Of a stretch of 64,000 nt of DNA, positions 9,923-19,862 are shown piece by piece. A program made the position numbers and the translations under genes. This stretch comes from a virus: positions 1 to 64,000 of IMG/VR virus record IMGVR_UViG_3300028197_001221, one strand, 5' to 3'. Numbering within the stretch: the first letter of the stretch is position 1; each line of letters opens with the position of its first letter. The notes below the pieces were generated by a model that saw only the letters and a program-made list of their open reading frames with translations, was not told where the DNA came from and did no database searches.

Positions 9923-10424
9923 TAAAGAATACCAAAGGGAATGGTCTAAAGAATACAGATACAAGCATATCCATACTGGAGAGCATTGTACCTTTGAGTC
10001 ATATATTGCTGAATATTTAATATTGAGGTGGACAGATGCATTTAAGATGGAAAAGCCATCTTATAAATTCTGGACAGTTGGAGACAAGTATCACGACATG
10101 TTCATGAGAAACATGAAAGCTGCCAGAGGATTGAAAAAAAAGTATGATCCTGCAACAATACTTGCCGCTGTTAGGTCAGAACATTTTAAAAAAATATATC
10201 ATATAGGACTTAAAGCTTACGGGCCTAGAGGTTGGAAATATAATCAGGTTGCACTAGAGGCAATAAGAAGGTATGATAAAGAGTTCAAAGACCTTTTAAA
10301 ATCGTCTGATCAAGCCGCACAAGCAGACGCTGCAAAAGTTGAGCCAGAAGAAAATAAATTGAAGACTAGAAAAAAACAATATTCTAATAAGAAAAGTTCT
10401 ATAAACAAGTTGAGGGATCTATGA
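9894..10424 (+). CDS. hypothetical protein upstream of recA
   Basis: GAGG RBS; stop overlaps recA start. Confidence 0.6.
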   Translation: MAKRRPELFNKEYQREWSKEYRYKHIHTGEHCTFESYIAEYLILRWTDAFKMEKPSYKFWTVGDKYHDMFMRNMKAARGLKKKYDPATILAAVRSEHFKKIYHIGLKAYGPRGWKYNQVALEAIRRYDKEFKDLLKSSDQAAQADAAKVEPEENKLKTRKKQYSNKKSSINKLRDL

Positions 10425-11533
10425 GCAAGGTAAAAAAAAGAAAAACATCTAACAAGTTTGACACTGATGTTGTAAGCAATTCTGTAGTTAGCAAGTATGG
10501 CGACGTAGTAAGTACTGGCACAGAAGTTTTAGATAGTATCAATAGTTTAGAAGTTATTGGTGTGTCTCCAGCATTAGACATTGCTCTGGGTGGTGGTTTA
10601 AGAGAAGGCTCTGTAGCTGTAATGACAGGTGATCCTAAGTCTGGTAAAACAACAACGGCTTTACATTTTGCTGCTAAATGCCAAGCAAAGGGCAAGCGTG
10701 TAATCTATCTTAATACAGAGGGTAGATTATCTAAACAAAACTTTGAAGGCATAAAGGGTTTAGACCCTGAAAATATTTTAATCATACAGTCTACAGACGA
10801 TAAGATTTTATCAGCAGAAGAGTTCCTAAACATTACAGAGTATTACATTAATAATGATCCGGGGTGTTTACTTATAGCAGACTCATTATCAAACATGGTT
10901 CCACAAGTAGAACTAGATGGAGAAGTTAGAACTGGTGTGCGTAATGCTCTACCAAGACTACTCTCCATGTTCTTTAAAAGAATTAGTGGAACACTTATGA
11001 AAAATAAAACTATATTGATCTGCGTTACCCATAACATTGCCAACACTGGTGGATCTCCTTATTCTCCAAATAAAATGGCAGATTGCGGAAACATGCTGCA
11101 ATATCAAGCTGGGACTAATATGGTTATCACTCATAGAGGTAGGTGGCAAGTGCCTAAAGATACTGGACCACACGTAGGACAGATTGCAAATTGGACTATT
11201 AAAACTTCTTGTGCTGGAGGTATACCAAACAGCACGGCAGAGAGTTGGATTCGTTATGGGATTGGACTAGATGAAGTGCAAGAGGTTGTTCAAATAGCAT
11301 GTGAGTTCAGACTTATTAAAACTGCTGGAGCTTGGTACACAATACAGTGCGCAGTTGATAACGTAGAAGATCCAGTAGTACACAAATTGTTGTCTGACAA
11401 TAATATTTCAGATAAACCAGAGGATATAGAAAGATTTTTTAAATTTCAAGGGGCTAATAATGTGTCAGAGTTTTTAAATAGTAACCCAGAAATAGCAAGT
11501 TTTATATATGATCAGATAAAAGAATTGTTCTAA
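10421..11533 (+). CDS. recA: RecA/UvsX-like recombinase
   Basis: ALDIALGGG, Walker A GDPKSGKTT, Walker B LLIADSL, IRYGIG, IKTAGAWY. Confidence 0.88.
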   Translation: MSKVKKRKTSNKFDTDVVSNSVVSKYGDVVSTGTEVLDSINSLEVIGVSPALDIALGGGLREGSVAVMTGDPKSGKTTTALHFAAKCQAKGKRVIYLNTEGRLSKQNFEGIKGLDPENILIIQSTDDKILSAEEFLNITEYYINNDPGCLLIADSLSNMVPQVELDGEVRTGVRNALPRLLSMFFKRISGTLMKNKTILICVTHNIANTGGSPYSPNKMADCGNMLQYQAGTNMVITHRGRWQVPKDTGPHVGQIANWTIKTSCAGGIPNSTAESWIRYGIGLDEVQEVVQIACEFRLIKTAGAWYTIQCAVDNVEDPVVHKLLSDNNISDKPEDIERFFKFQGANNVSEFLNSNPEIASFIYDQIKELF

Positions 11534-11565
11534 TAAGATTCTAACACTATATAAATTTTATTAGA

Positions 11566-11601
11566 GGGTATAATAAGATATTAAGACACACAACGTGTCT
11601 T
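11566..11601 (+). promoter_or_regulatory. putative promoter (GGGTATAATA, perfect TATAAT) and 5' hairpin for the DUF1559 cassette
   Basis: TATAAT 11569-11574 in an AT-rich gap; stem AAGACAC(11583-89)/GTGTCTT(11595-601); no good -35. Confidence 0.45.
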
Positions 11602-11636
11602 CTACCTTTTACACAATCTTATTGAAAGAAAACGCT

Positions 11637-12626
11637 ATGTTTAAAAGACTTAAACAACTGTTCACAAGCCCAAAGCGCAATGCTTTTACACTAATCGAGC
11701 TACTTGTTGTGATTGCCATCATTGGCGTTCTCGTTGGTCTTTTGTTGCCAGCTGTTCAGCAAGCTAGAGAAGCTGCACGAAGAATGTCATGTGCGAATAA
11801 TTTAAAGCAGCAAGGTCTTGCTATGCACACATACATGGACGCACAAAGATACTTTCCTGCTGCTGCATGGACTGTAGATTCTGCTGGATTATCTCCTACT
11901 GGCAATCGTTCTGGTACAGAACATAGTTGGAGAGCGTTTGTTCTTTCTAGTCTAGAACAAGGTAACACTGGCTATGACTTCAATAAAAACTGGTGGGAAA
12001 ATACTCAAGCTATTTCTTTAAATGCTTCTGTATTTATATGTCCAACGGCAGTTCCTCCTGCTGGTGGTTATGCTAATATTGATGGGCCTACTAGAGATGA
12101 TGATAGTGCTGCTATTAGTATGAATCCTAATAATCTTGGATATACAGACTATGAAACTTTTACAGGGGTTAAGAGCAAGATATTTCCTGCTGCTAGTGAT
12201 CCTTATGCGGCGAAGGATCGTAACGAAGGATGTTTAATTAAAGATGCTGTTACTAGAGATGCTCATATTAGAGATGGGTTTTCTAATACTTTCTTAATTA
12301 TAGAGTGTGCAAGTAGACCTGATGTTTATAAAAAAAGTAATGGTAGATCGGCAACAGGTGATACTAACCAGTGCATTGGTTGGGCTGATAGTGTTGGGCC
12401 ATTTAAGTTAGATGGTATGGATAGTAATGGAGATAAGTGTAAAAATTGTGCTGGTAATATTCCTTTTAATGTTACTAATAATGGTGAAGCATACAGTATG
12501 CACCCCGGAGTAATGAATACAGTATATGCAGACGGTTCTACTAGAACCGTTAATGATAATGTAGACTTGAGAGTTTTCGCTAGTGCTATTACCCGTGCTG
12601 GTGGAGAAGTAGGAACCATTGACTAA
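11637..12626 (+). CDS. DUF1559-family prepilin-type (class III signal peptide) protein with H-X9-DG C-terminal motif
   Basis: A|[42 protein letters not shown]; SW; FICPT; [13 protein letters not shown]; [15 protein letters not shown]; TRAGGEV. Start set at ATG 11637. Confidence 0.93.
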   Translation: MFKRLKQLFTSPKRNAFTLIELLVVIAIIGVLVGLLLPAVQQAREAARRMSCANNLKQQGLAMHTYMDAQRYFPAAAWTVDSAGLSPTGNRSGTEHSWRAFVLSSLEQGNTGYDFNKNWWENTQAISLNASVFICPTAVPPAGGYANIDGPTRDDDSAAISMNPNNLGYTDYETFTGVKSKIFPAASDPYAAKDRNEGCLIKDAVTRDAHIRDGFSNTFLIIECASRPDVYKKSNGRSATGDTNQCIGWADSVGPFKLDGMDSNGDKCKNCAGNIPFNVTNNGEAYSMHPGVMNTVYADGSTRTVNDNVDLRVFASAITRAGGEVGTID

Positions 12627-12738
12627 ACCTCTAAGCAAAGAGTATTTATTGAGCAGAGGTGTTTGTTGTGGTAGTGGATGCAAAAACTGCCCCTATGTGC
12701 CTAAAAACACTAGGGGCAGCAAGGAAGTTAAAAAATGA
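12619..12738 (+). CDS. 39-aa Cys-rich DUF5522-like protein (not in ORF track)
   Basis: TTG start with AGGA upstream; [39 protein letters not shown]. Confidence 0.75.
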   Translation: MTKPLSKEYLLSRGVCCGSGCKNCPYVPKNTRGSKEVKK

Positions 12739-12938
12739 ATATAATTGGTATATTTGAAATTGCTGCTGGAGTTATTCTGGCTAAACTTGTTATAGGAATA
12801 TTGAATGAAAGTTATTGGTATAAATGGGAGAGAGTACGCTTGGAATTTAACAAGCTATTCAGTAGACGCAAACGACAAAAGGAAGAGATCAAAATTCCAC
12901 GTTCGTGCAAGAAATCTCTTGAAGACTATCTACCATAG
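12735..12938 (+). CDS. putative small membrane peptide overlapping the downstream nuclease gene
   Basis: ATGA coupling to upstream ORF; AAGGA RBS; hydrophobic IIGIFEIAAGVILAKLVIGIL; 134 nt out-of-frame overlap with 12805. Confidence 0.45.
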   Translation: MNIIGIFEIAAGVILAKLVIGILNESYWYKWERVRLEFNKLFSRRKRQKEEIKIPRSCKKSLEDYLP

Positions 12939-13230
12939 TTATAGAATACTTGAAGAAGTAAAATTGCCGGGGAGTACGCCATCGCACAGAAAAGGCGTAC
13001 TGTATTTAGACTTTTATATACCACAGATTATGCTGGCTGTAGAAGTGCATGGTCAACAGCATTATAAGTATACGCCATTCTTTCACAAGAATAAAGCAGA
13101 CTTTGCTATTGCAAAAGCTAAGGATGAAGATAAAATAGAATGGTGTGAATTGAACAAGATTGATATAATAGTATTGAAGCACTCTGATACAGATGAGCAA
13201 TGGAGAGATCAAATTGAAAACGGCGAGTGA
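12805..13230 (+). CDS. Vsr/DUF559-like endonuclease
   Basis: LYLDFYIP..MLAVEVHGQQHY...FFH...D.DK.EWC..N.I; AGGA RBS. Confidence 0.75.
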   Translation: MKVIGINGREYAWNLTSYSVDANDKRKRSKFHVRARNLLKTIYHSYRILEEVKLPGSTPSHRKGVLYLDFYIPQIMLAVEVHGQQHYKYTPFFHKNKADFAIAKAKDEDKIEWCELNKIDIIVLKHSDTDEQWRDQIENGE

Positions 13231-13678
13231 GCAGTTGGCTGACTTGAAAGCTATGGTTGACGACTTTTTAGACGCTAGCAATGCTAGGTTCAATAATAAG
13301 TTTAGAGAAGATTGGTATAGATGTGCTGATGCTGACAAGCAAACTATTTCATCTCTTACTAAAGACGAATTATTCACTTGGTCTTATGAATTGTACAGCT
13401 ACTCTACACATCTACAAGATGAATTAAATATGCAGAAGATTGCTCTTAATTGGTGCAATGACAAGTTAAATAAAATGGTTGCAAAAAACCATGATCAATT
13501 CAGTAAGTATACTAAATATGAGGAACGAAGACCACTTATAATTGTAAATGATGAATATGCAGCTAAAGTAGATCACTACCGTGAAATTGCAGAGTCAAGA
13601 GTTCAAGCCCTTGAGGGTAAGATTTATGAACTAAAACGTAAAGCAGATATACTATTAGAGAAAGGTAAAAGGACATGA
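13214..13678 (+). CDS. helical protein, possibly UvsY-like recombination mediator
   Basis: Coiled-coil, ~155 aa, between recA and dnaB; TTG start after GGAG. Function is inference. Confidence 0.4.
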   Translation: MKTASEQLADLKAMVDDFLDASNARFNNKFREDWYRCADADKQTISSLTKDELFTWSYELYSYSTHLQDELNMQKIALNWCNDKLNKMVAKNHDQFSKYTKYEERRPLIIVNDEYAAKVDHYREIAESRVQALEGKIYELKRKADILLEKGKRT

Positions 13679-14079
13679 GTATGGATGAGTTTATAAAAAC
13701 ATTGACAGAAGAACAAAAGACTGCTTTATTGAAAGCATTATCTGGAGGAGAGGTTCCAGACGAGCCTTCTACTACACATGCTCCTGTCATAGCTGGCTCT
13801 GAAGAACCAATTTCAAAAGCTGTTGATGGTAATTTTCAGATGAAAAAACCAACAGATCGCTCGCCAAGAAGAAGCACAGTCAGAGCAGGAAAAAACACTT
13901 GGGTAGATGAAGGAGAGTTAAAAGACATTAAAACTCCAGACATTAAACCTACTCCAAGGAATAGAAAAGCTCCTAAAAAAAAGGAAGTAATGTGTAGGGC
14001 TTGTGGTAAAACATTTAAAATAAATGCAAGCTTAGTGTTTGGTGAATCTTATCGTTGTGAAAGATGTATTGGCGGTTAA
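13675..14079 (+). CDS. hypothetical protein with C-terminal zinc finger
   Basis: CRACG...YRCERC. Confidence 0.65.
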   Translation: MSMDEFIKTLTEEQKTALLKALSGGEVPDEPSTTHAPVIAGSEEPISKAVDGNFQMKKPTDRSPRRSTVRAGKNTWVDEGELKDIKTPDIKPTPRNRKAPKKKEVMCRACGKTFKINASLVFGESYRCERCIGG

Positions 14080-14082
14080 TAA

Positions 14083-15549
14083 ATGGAAGAAAAACTTTTA
14101 GATATAGGTGCAGAACGAGCCGTATTAGCTGGTCTTTTGCAAAACGGCGTTGATACATATGTAAACATATCAGATTTACTATCTAGTGACAGCTTTGTTA
14201 ATCCTAATAATAAAATTATTTACAAATGTATAGAACATATTATAAGTAATGATCAAAAGCCAGAAATTGCTACGCTTTTAGCTGCTGCTGAACAATTAAA
14301 TTTCATAGAACAAATAAGTACTAAGCAGGAGCTTAACTATATCAACTCTTTGTATGAGTTTCCTGTTTCACAGGATAATATATTTAGCTTTGCCGTACAG
14401 ATGAAGAAGTTTGAGTTTGCACGTAAGATAAAAAACCTTACAGTAAAAGTTCATAAAGACATGGACGATGTTAATGGATCAGAAAGCATTAACGAAATCA
14501 TACAAAAGCTAGAAGATCCAGTAACAGATTTTTTGAGAGAAGACGATGGCGGTGAAAACCCAGAAAAAATAGGAGAAGGTATAGAAGATTATGTCACATT
14601 CCTCGAAGAAAATAAATGCGATATCATTGGTATACCCACGGGATTCTCTAGATATGACCAAGCCATTGGGGGTGGTCTTAGAAGAAAATGCGTTGACCTT
14701 GTATCTGCAAGACCCAAAGTTGGTAAATCAGTGTTCGCTGATAATGTTGCCCTTAACGTATCTTCCACGGGAGTACCCGTATTAGTATTAGATACCGAGA
14801 TGTCTAAAGAAGACCATCTTAATAGACTAATTGCTAACATAAGCGGTGTGCCTATCAACGAAGTCGCCACGGGACAGTTTATTGATGATCCTGTAAAGCA
14901 CGATAAAGTAAAAGAAGCTGTTGCTAAAATAGAATCAATCCCTTACAGCTATATAAGTGTGGCTGGCAAGCCATTTGAAAATATTGTGAATCTTATAAGA
15001 AGATGGATAGTTCAGGAAGTTAAATCTGACGAGTCGGGTAAAACCAATGATTGTTTAATTATATATGATTATCTGAAGCTTATGTCTTCTTCATCTATAA
15101 CAAACAATATACAAGAGTATCAAGCTTTAGGGTTTCAAATCACTTCTTTGCATAACCTTTGTGTAAAGCTAGACATACCCTGTCTATCCTTTGTTCAATT
15201 AAATCGTGACGGTATAACAAAAGAAAGCACTGACGCAGTTAGCGGGTCTGATAGACTTGTTTGGCTATGCACATCTTTTAGTATATTCAAATCTAAATCT
15301 ACAGAAGAACTTGCTGAAGACGGTCCAAATGCTGGTAATAGAAAATTAGTACCCATTGTTTCTAGACACGGCGCTGGATTAGATGATGGAGATTATATTA
15401 ATATGCAAATGCAGGGCGCACACGCTAAACTTTTAGAACTAAAGACAAGAAATGAATTTAAAAATGCTCCTGTTGGCGACACTGGATTAATTTCAGACAT
15501 AGATAAGATTAAAGATGAACTTAAAGAAACTAAAGAAGACTCTGAATAA
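14083..15549 (+). CDS. dnaB: replicative DnaB-like helicase
   Basis: AERAVL; GIPTGF; ARPKVGKS; EMS; IIYDYLKLM; QLNR. Confidence 0.92.
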   Translation: MEEKLLDIGAERAVLAGLLQNGVDTYVNISDLLSSDSFVNPNNKIIYKCIEHIISNDQKPEIATLLAAAEQLNFIEQISTKQELNYINSLYEFPVSQDNIFSFAVQMKKFEFARKIKNLTVKVHKDMDDVNGSESINEIIQKLEDPVTDFLREDDGGENPEKIGEGIEDYVTFLEENKCDIIGIPTGFSRYDQAIGGGLRRKCVDLVSARPKVGKSVFADNVALNVSSTGVPVLVLDTEMSKEDHLNRLIANISGVPINEVATGQFIDDPVKHDKVKEAVAKIESIPYSYISVAGKPFENIVNLIRRWIVQEVKSDESGKTNDCLIIYDYLKLMSSSSITNNIQEYQALGFQITSLHNLCVKLDIPCLSFVQLNRDGITKESTDAVSGSDRLVWLCTSFSIFKSKSTEELAEDGPNAGNRKLVPIVSRHGAGLDDGDYINMQMQGAHAKLLELKTRNEFKNAPVGDTGLISDIDKIKDELKETKEDSE

Positions 15550-16537
15550 GAATATTGAAACTGTATTGCAGAAGCTTGGCATAGAATACGAAGCTTTTAG
15601 TGATAATATATATTCAGTATGCCCATGTCACGAACATAGTGATAACCCAAGAGCTTTTTCTTATTCTATTGATAAAGGAATATGGAAATGTTGGACTAGA
15701 GATTGTCAAAATGAATTTAACAATGACATATTTGGTTTAATAAAAGGTGCGTTATCGCAAAAAACTGGAACAGACCTTGAGTTTAAAGATGTATTAAAAT
15801 GGGTATGTGAAGAATTTAAGATAGACAAAGGTAGTTACGAAGGATCTTCAACCCCTATAGAGCAAGAAGATGATTTTACAAATTTAATTAAATCAATATC
15901 TATAAAGTCTAATACTAATTTTAACGACAAGGAAATAAATAATCCTTACTCAGTACAATATCCCTCGGATTATTTCTTATCAAGAGGATTTAAAAAAACT
16001 ACTTTAAAATATTTTAACGTGGGAGATTGTCATGATACAGGTATAATGAAAGAAAGGTCTATAATACCTATCCATGATGACTCTGGATATAAGCTAGTGG
16101 GAATGATTGGTAGAACAATGAAGGCGTATAGAATGCCAAAATTTTTGATATATCCATCTGGCTTTAATAAGCGTCACTATTTTTATAATTATCATAGGGC
16201 AATAGACAAAATCAAAGAAACTAATTGTTTATATATAGTAGAGGGCCAAGGAGACGTTTGGAAACTTCATGAGGCTGGAGTAAAGAATGCTGTTAGTATT
16301 TTTGGCAAAAGTATTTCCAAAGATCAAGAAAATAAGATAAAGAAATTACCCATAACAAGACTCGTAATACTCATGGACAATGATCAAGCCGGGAGAGAGG
16401 CTAGAGTCCAAATACAAAGACAGTTTGGAAGAATGTATAGGCTTACATTTCCACATTTAAGCGATAAAGATGTTGGAGACATGTCAGTATATAAGATTAA
16501 AAAAGATATTTTAAGCAATTTAAAAGGAACTTATTAA
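15515..16537 (+). CDS. dnaG: DnaG-like primase
   Basis: CPCH...WKCWTRDC zinc finger; IIPI...GR; TOPRIM VEGQGDV and MDNDQAG; KDVGDM. Confidence 0.9.
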   Translation: MNLKKLKKTLNKNIETVLQKLGIEYEAFSDNIYSVCPCHEHSDNPRAFSYSIDKGIWKCWTRDCQNEFNNDIFGLIKGALSQKTGTDLEFKDVLKWVCEEFKIDKGSYEGSSTPIEQEDDFTNLIKSISIKSNTNFNDKEINNPYSVQYPSDYFLSRGFKKTTLKYFNVGDCHDTGIMKERSIIPIHDDSGYKLVGMIGRTMKAYRMPKFLIYPSGFNKRHYFYNYHRAIDKIKETNCLYIVEGQGDVWKLHEAGVKNAVSIFGKSISKDQENKIKKLPITRLVILMDNDQAGREARVQIQRQFGRMYRLTFPHLSDKDVGDMSVYKIKKDILSNLKGTY

Positions 16538-17262
16538 TGAAAATTATAGGTATAGCTGGCAGAAAACAATCTGGTAAAAACACTGTAGCCAATTACATTA
16601 ACGGATCTATCTTACAGAGTTTAGATATGATATCTGATTTTGAGATTGGAAATAATGGAGAGCTTGAAATAAAAACTAAAGATAGCTCTGGCACTGATGG
16701 GTGGGGTGTTTTTGATGTGACTAGGAAAGATGAAGAATTTATAAGCTATGCGGAGAACTCTTTGTTTCCTTATGTAAAGGTATACCATTTTGCAGACCCT
16801 CTTAAGTTAATGGCTATAGATTTTTTTGATTTAGAACCACAGCAAGTTTATGGAACTGATAAAGATAAGAACACCTCAACGCCATACACTCAGAATGGTT
16901 GGAAGCATAAGATGACATCTAGAGAATTCTTACAGTACTTTGGCACAGAAGTTATGAGAAAGATAAAAGATACAGTGTGGGTGGACTACACTATAAAAAA
17001 GATACAACAAGAACAATCGTCTGTAGCAATCATACCTGACGTTAGATTTCCAAACGAGGTAGATGCAATTAAGAAAGCAGGAGGCATAGTTATTAGATTA
17101 GACAGGAATATCTATGACGACCAGCATGTTTGCGAAACCGCTTTAGATAAAGATAAATATGATTGGGATAATTTTGATTATATTATTAACAACAATGACT
17201 CTTCTCTGTCTGATTTATGTAAATCTTTAGGAAAGTTAAAACACTTTTGGAGTAACTTATGA
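16537..17262 (+). CDS. deoxynucleoside monophosphate kinase
   Basis: IIGIAGRKQSGKNT; FADPLK; REFLQYFGTEVMR; DVRFPNE. Confidence 0.88.
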   Translation: MKIIGIAGRKQSGKNTVANYINGSILQSLDMISDFEIGNNGELEIKTKDSSGTDGWGVFDVTRKDEEFISYAENSLFPYVKVYHFADPLKLMAIDFFDLEPQQVYGTDKDKNTSTPYTQNGWKHKMTSREFLQYFGTEVMRKIKDTVWVDYTIKKIQQEQSSVAIIPDVRFPNEVDAIKKAGGIVIRLDRNIYDDQHVCETALDKDKYDWDNFDYIINNNDSSLSDLCKSLGKLKHFWSNL

Positions 17263-18296
17263 TAATAACTTACGTCAGATCTTCTAGTTATAATAATTAC
17301 TCTTATTGTGAGATGCAATATTTTATGACATATGTGCTGGGCCATCAATCTAAAAGTGGTAAAAAGGCAGACATGGGTACAATGGTTCATAAAGTCATGG
17401 AAGTTTTAGCTGGATTAAAAAAGTACGAGCAAGATAAACCTAAAGTTAAATTCTTAAAAGTCGATGACGATGCTATTGGTAAGTTTAAATGTAGAAAAGA
17501 AGAACTACATACCGAGGAGTTAGTAAATCAATTAATTACTCTTAGTATAGATTCTTATGAAAAAAACTCTCCTCACAGCTTTAACGGTAAAGACAGAGGA
17601 GAAATAGCTACAACGGCATGGTGCTTCCTAAAGCATAGCGACGGTCAATTCGACCCAAGGCTTAGAGACATACACTTTCCAGAGCCTCATTTTGATATAC
17701 CGATTGAAGAAGATTGGGCTAAGTTTGAGTATGAGATAGATGGAAAAATGATTCAAGGACAATTAGCAATCAAAGGCACGATAGACCTTGTTACCAAAAT
17801 TAATGATGACACAATCGAGGTAATTGATTGGAAAACTGGAAGAAGAATGGATTGGGCTACGGGAGAAGTAAAAGATTATAAAAAATTAGAAAATGACCCA
17901 CAGTTATTGCTATATTATTATGCTATTTCTAAATTATATCCAGAGTTTCCCAATAGAATTATGAGTATATTCTTCTACAAGAACAAAGATGGCGACCCTG
18001 ACCCATCACCTTTTAGCCTGTGCTTTTCTCCAGAAGACGAAGAAAGGTTTTTAGGAATGTTAAAACATAGGGTTGCAGAAATAAGGCAAAATATGACCCC
18101 CAAGCCATTAGATCCTAACAGAAAACACTGGAAATGTAAGAATTTGTGTCATTTTTGCAAGACTAAATGGGGTGATACAGACGACAATATGTGTATTTAT
18201 ATAGAGAAGCACTTAAAAGAACATGGAATGGACAAAACTATTGCAGATTGCAGTAGAGAAGGTTTTGATATAGGATATTATGAGGCTCCCGGCTAA
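17259..18296 (+). CDS. Cas4/RecB-like PD-(D/E)XK exonuclease
   Basis: SSYNNYSYC; GTMVH; GTIDL; IDWKTG; QLLLY; C-terminal Cys cluster CKNLCHFC...C. Confidence 0.85.
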   Translation: MIITYVRSSSYNNYSYCEMQYFMTYVLGHQSKSGKKADMGTMVHKVMEVLAGLKKYEQDKPKVKFLKVDDDAIGKFKCRKEELHTEELVNQLITLSIDSYEKNSPHSFNGKDRGEIATTAWCFLKHSDGQFDPRLRDIHFPEPHFDIPIEEDWAKFEYEIDGKMIQGQLAIKGTIDLVTKINDDTIEVIDWKTGRRMDWATGEVKDYKKLENDPQLLLYYYAISKLYPEFPNRIMSIFFYKNKDGDPDPSPFSLCFSPEDEERFLGMLKHRVAEIRQNMTPKPLDPNRKHWKCKNLCHFCKTKWGDTDDNMCIYIEKHLKEHGMDKTIADCSREGFDIGYYEAPG

Positions 18297-19150
18297 TGAA
18301 AAAAACTTTATCAATAGGAATGTGTACTCACGATGATATACATGGAGTGTATTTTTCTCTACAGTCCCTTAGATTGCATCATCCAATAGTACAAACAGAT
18401 GCTGTAGAATTAATAGTAGTGGATAATAATCCAGAATCTGTACACGGACAGGCTCTTCAAAAATGGATTAAAGGTTGGTGTCAAGCAAAGGTTAAATATA
18501 TACCTTATACAGAAAAAAAATCTACATCATCAAGAAATATAATATTTGAGAACGCAGAAGGGAAATACTGCATGAGCATGGACTGTCATGTGATGTTTCC
18601 TACGGGGGCTTTGGAACATCTTTTAGCCTACTATAAAGACAAACCAGACTGCAAAGATTTAGTTCAAGGACCATTAATGTATGATAATATACATGGATAT
18701 TCCACACATTTTAAACCAGTGTGGGGTGGCGATATGTATGGTCAATGGGGGAAAAATACAGAGGGATGTGAAAAAGGTATTCCTTTCGACATACCAATGC
18801 AAGGACTAGGAGTTTTTTCTTGTGAAACTAAAAACTGGTTAGGGTTCAACCCACTTTTCAAAGGTTTTGGTGGAGAAGAAGGATATATACACGAAAAATT
18901 TAGGCAACATGGAGGAAGAACAGTTTGTATACCTCAATTCAAATGGTTGCACAGATTTTTGAGACCAGATGGTGTCACCTACCCTCTGGTTTTAGAGGAT
19001 AGAGTTTGGAATTATTTTGTTGGATGGTTAGAATTAAAACAAGACCCTAGCCATCCAATGATTAAAGAAATATACGATAATTTTAGCAAGCGTATGAAAA
19101 AAGAAAAAATAGATGAGATACTGAGACTAGCAATTCAAACTATTACATAA
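18296..19150 (+). CDS. GT-A fold (GT2-like) glycosyltransferase
   Basis: LSIGM..HDD; IVVDN; SRN; MDCHV; GFGGEEGYI.EKFR..GG. Confidence 0.8.
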   Translation: MKKTLSIGMCTHDDIHGVYFSLQSLRLHHPIVQTDAVELIVVDNNPESVHGQALQKWIKGWCQAKVKYIPYTEKKSTSSRNIIFENAEGKYCMSMDCHVMFPTGALEHLLAYYKDKPDCKDLVQGPLMYDNIHGYSTHFKPVWGGDMYGQWGKNTEGCEKGIPFDIPMQGLGVFSCETKNWLGFNPLFKGFGGEEGYIHEKFRQHGGRTVCIPQFKWLHRFLRPDGVTYPLVLEDRVWNYFVGWLELKQDPSHPMIKEIYDNFSKRMKKEKIDEILRLAIQTIT

Positions 19151-19166
19151 ATAACAGGAGTGTGAA

Positions 19167-19862
19167 ATGTCAGATATAAATGAAGTTGATATTCAATACA
19201 CAAAAGATACATACGGTTTTACTGAAGACTTGACAGAAGAAAACTTTTATCTTCCAGCAGAAGCAGAGTATGAGGATTTTGGCGAAGCTGAAGAAGAGCA
19301 TGACGCTGCTTCCTTGTGGGAAAATATTCGCAAGAAGAAGGAACGCGAAGGCAAAAACTATAAACCTGCCAAGAAGGGTGACAAAGACAGGCCAGATCCA
19401 GACTCTTGGAAAAAGGCACAATCAGAACCTTCTGAAAAACAAAAGAAGGGGCTTGATAAAAATAAAGATGGTAAAGTTACCAAAGAAGATTTTGAATTGC
19501 TACGTAAGGGTAAAAGTTCGTACAAGTATGAAAACCCAAAAACAGGAGAAGAGTTTACCTACACAAGAAAAGGTAACTACAGAAAGGGTGATACTGTTTT
19601 AGTTTACAGGGGAGAAGCCTCTGAATACCAAGGTAAAAAAGTTAAACTTGGCAAGCCATTTCTAACCCCAGACGGTCCTAAGAAAAGAAGCGTTTACGTT
19701 AAAAATGGTTCTGGCAATGTTGTCAAAGTAAATTTTGGCGATCCTAACATGTCAATTAAAAAAGATAATCCAGCAAGACGAAAATCTTTTAGAGCTAGAC
19801 ACAATTGTGCAAACCCCGGTCCAAAATGGAAAGCTAGATACTGGTCATGCAAAGCTTGGTAA
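19167..19862 (+). CDS. modular basic phage protein with EF-hand-like loop
   Basis: LWENIRKKKER module; DKNKDGKVTKEDF; C-terminal VKVNFGD...RRKSFRARHNC...ARYWSC domain; AGGAG RBS. Confidence 0.7.
   Translation: MSDINEVDIQYTKDTYGFTEDLTEENFYLPAEAEYEDFGEAEEEHDAASLWENIRKKKEREGKNYKPAKKGDKDRPDPDSWKKAQSEPSEKQKKGLDKNKDGKVTKEDFELLRKGKSSYKYENPKTGEEFTYTRKGNYRKGDTVLVYRGEASEYQGKKVKLGKPFLTPDGPKKRSVYVKNGSGNVVKVNFGDPNMSIKKDNPARRKSFRARHNCANPGPKWKARYWSCKAW

Noticed and set aside
11637-12626. Host contamination or prophage boundary at the DUF1559 gene
   Set aside because: Flanked on both sides by phage replication genes, has A/T-ending codons, and shares the CCSGG Pro-Gly usage.
17259-18296. CRISPR-Cas system
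   Set aside because: Solo Cas4-like nuclease in a replication context; no array or other cas genes.
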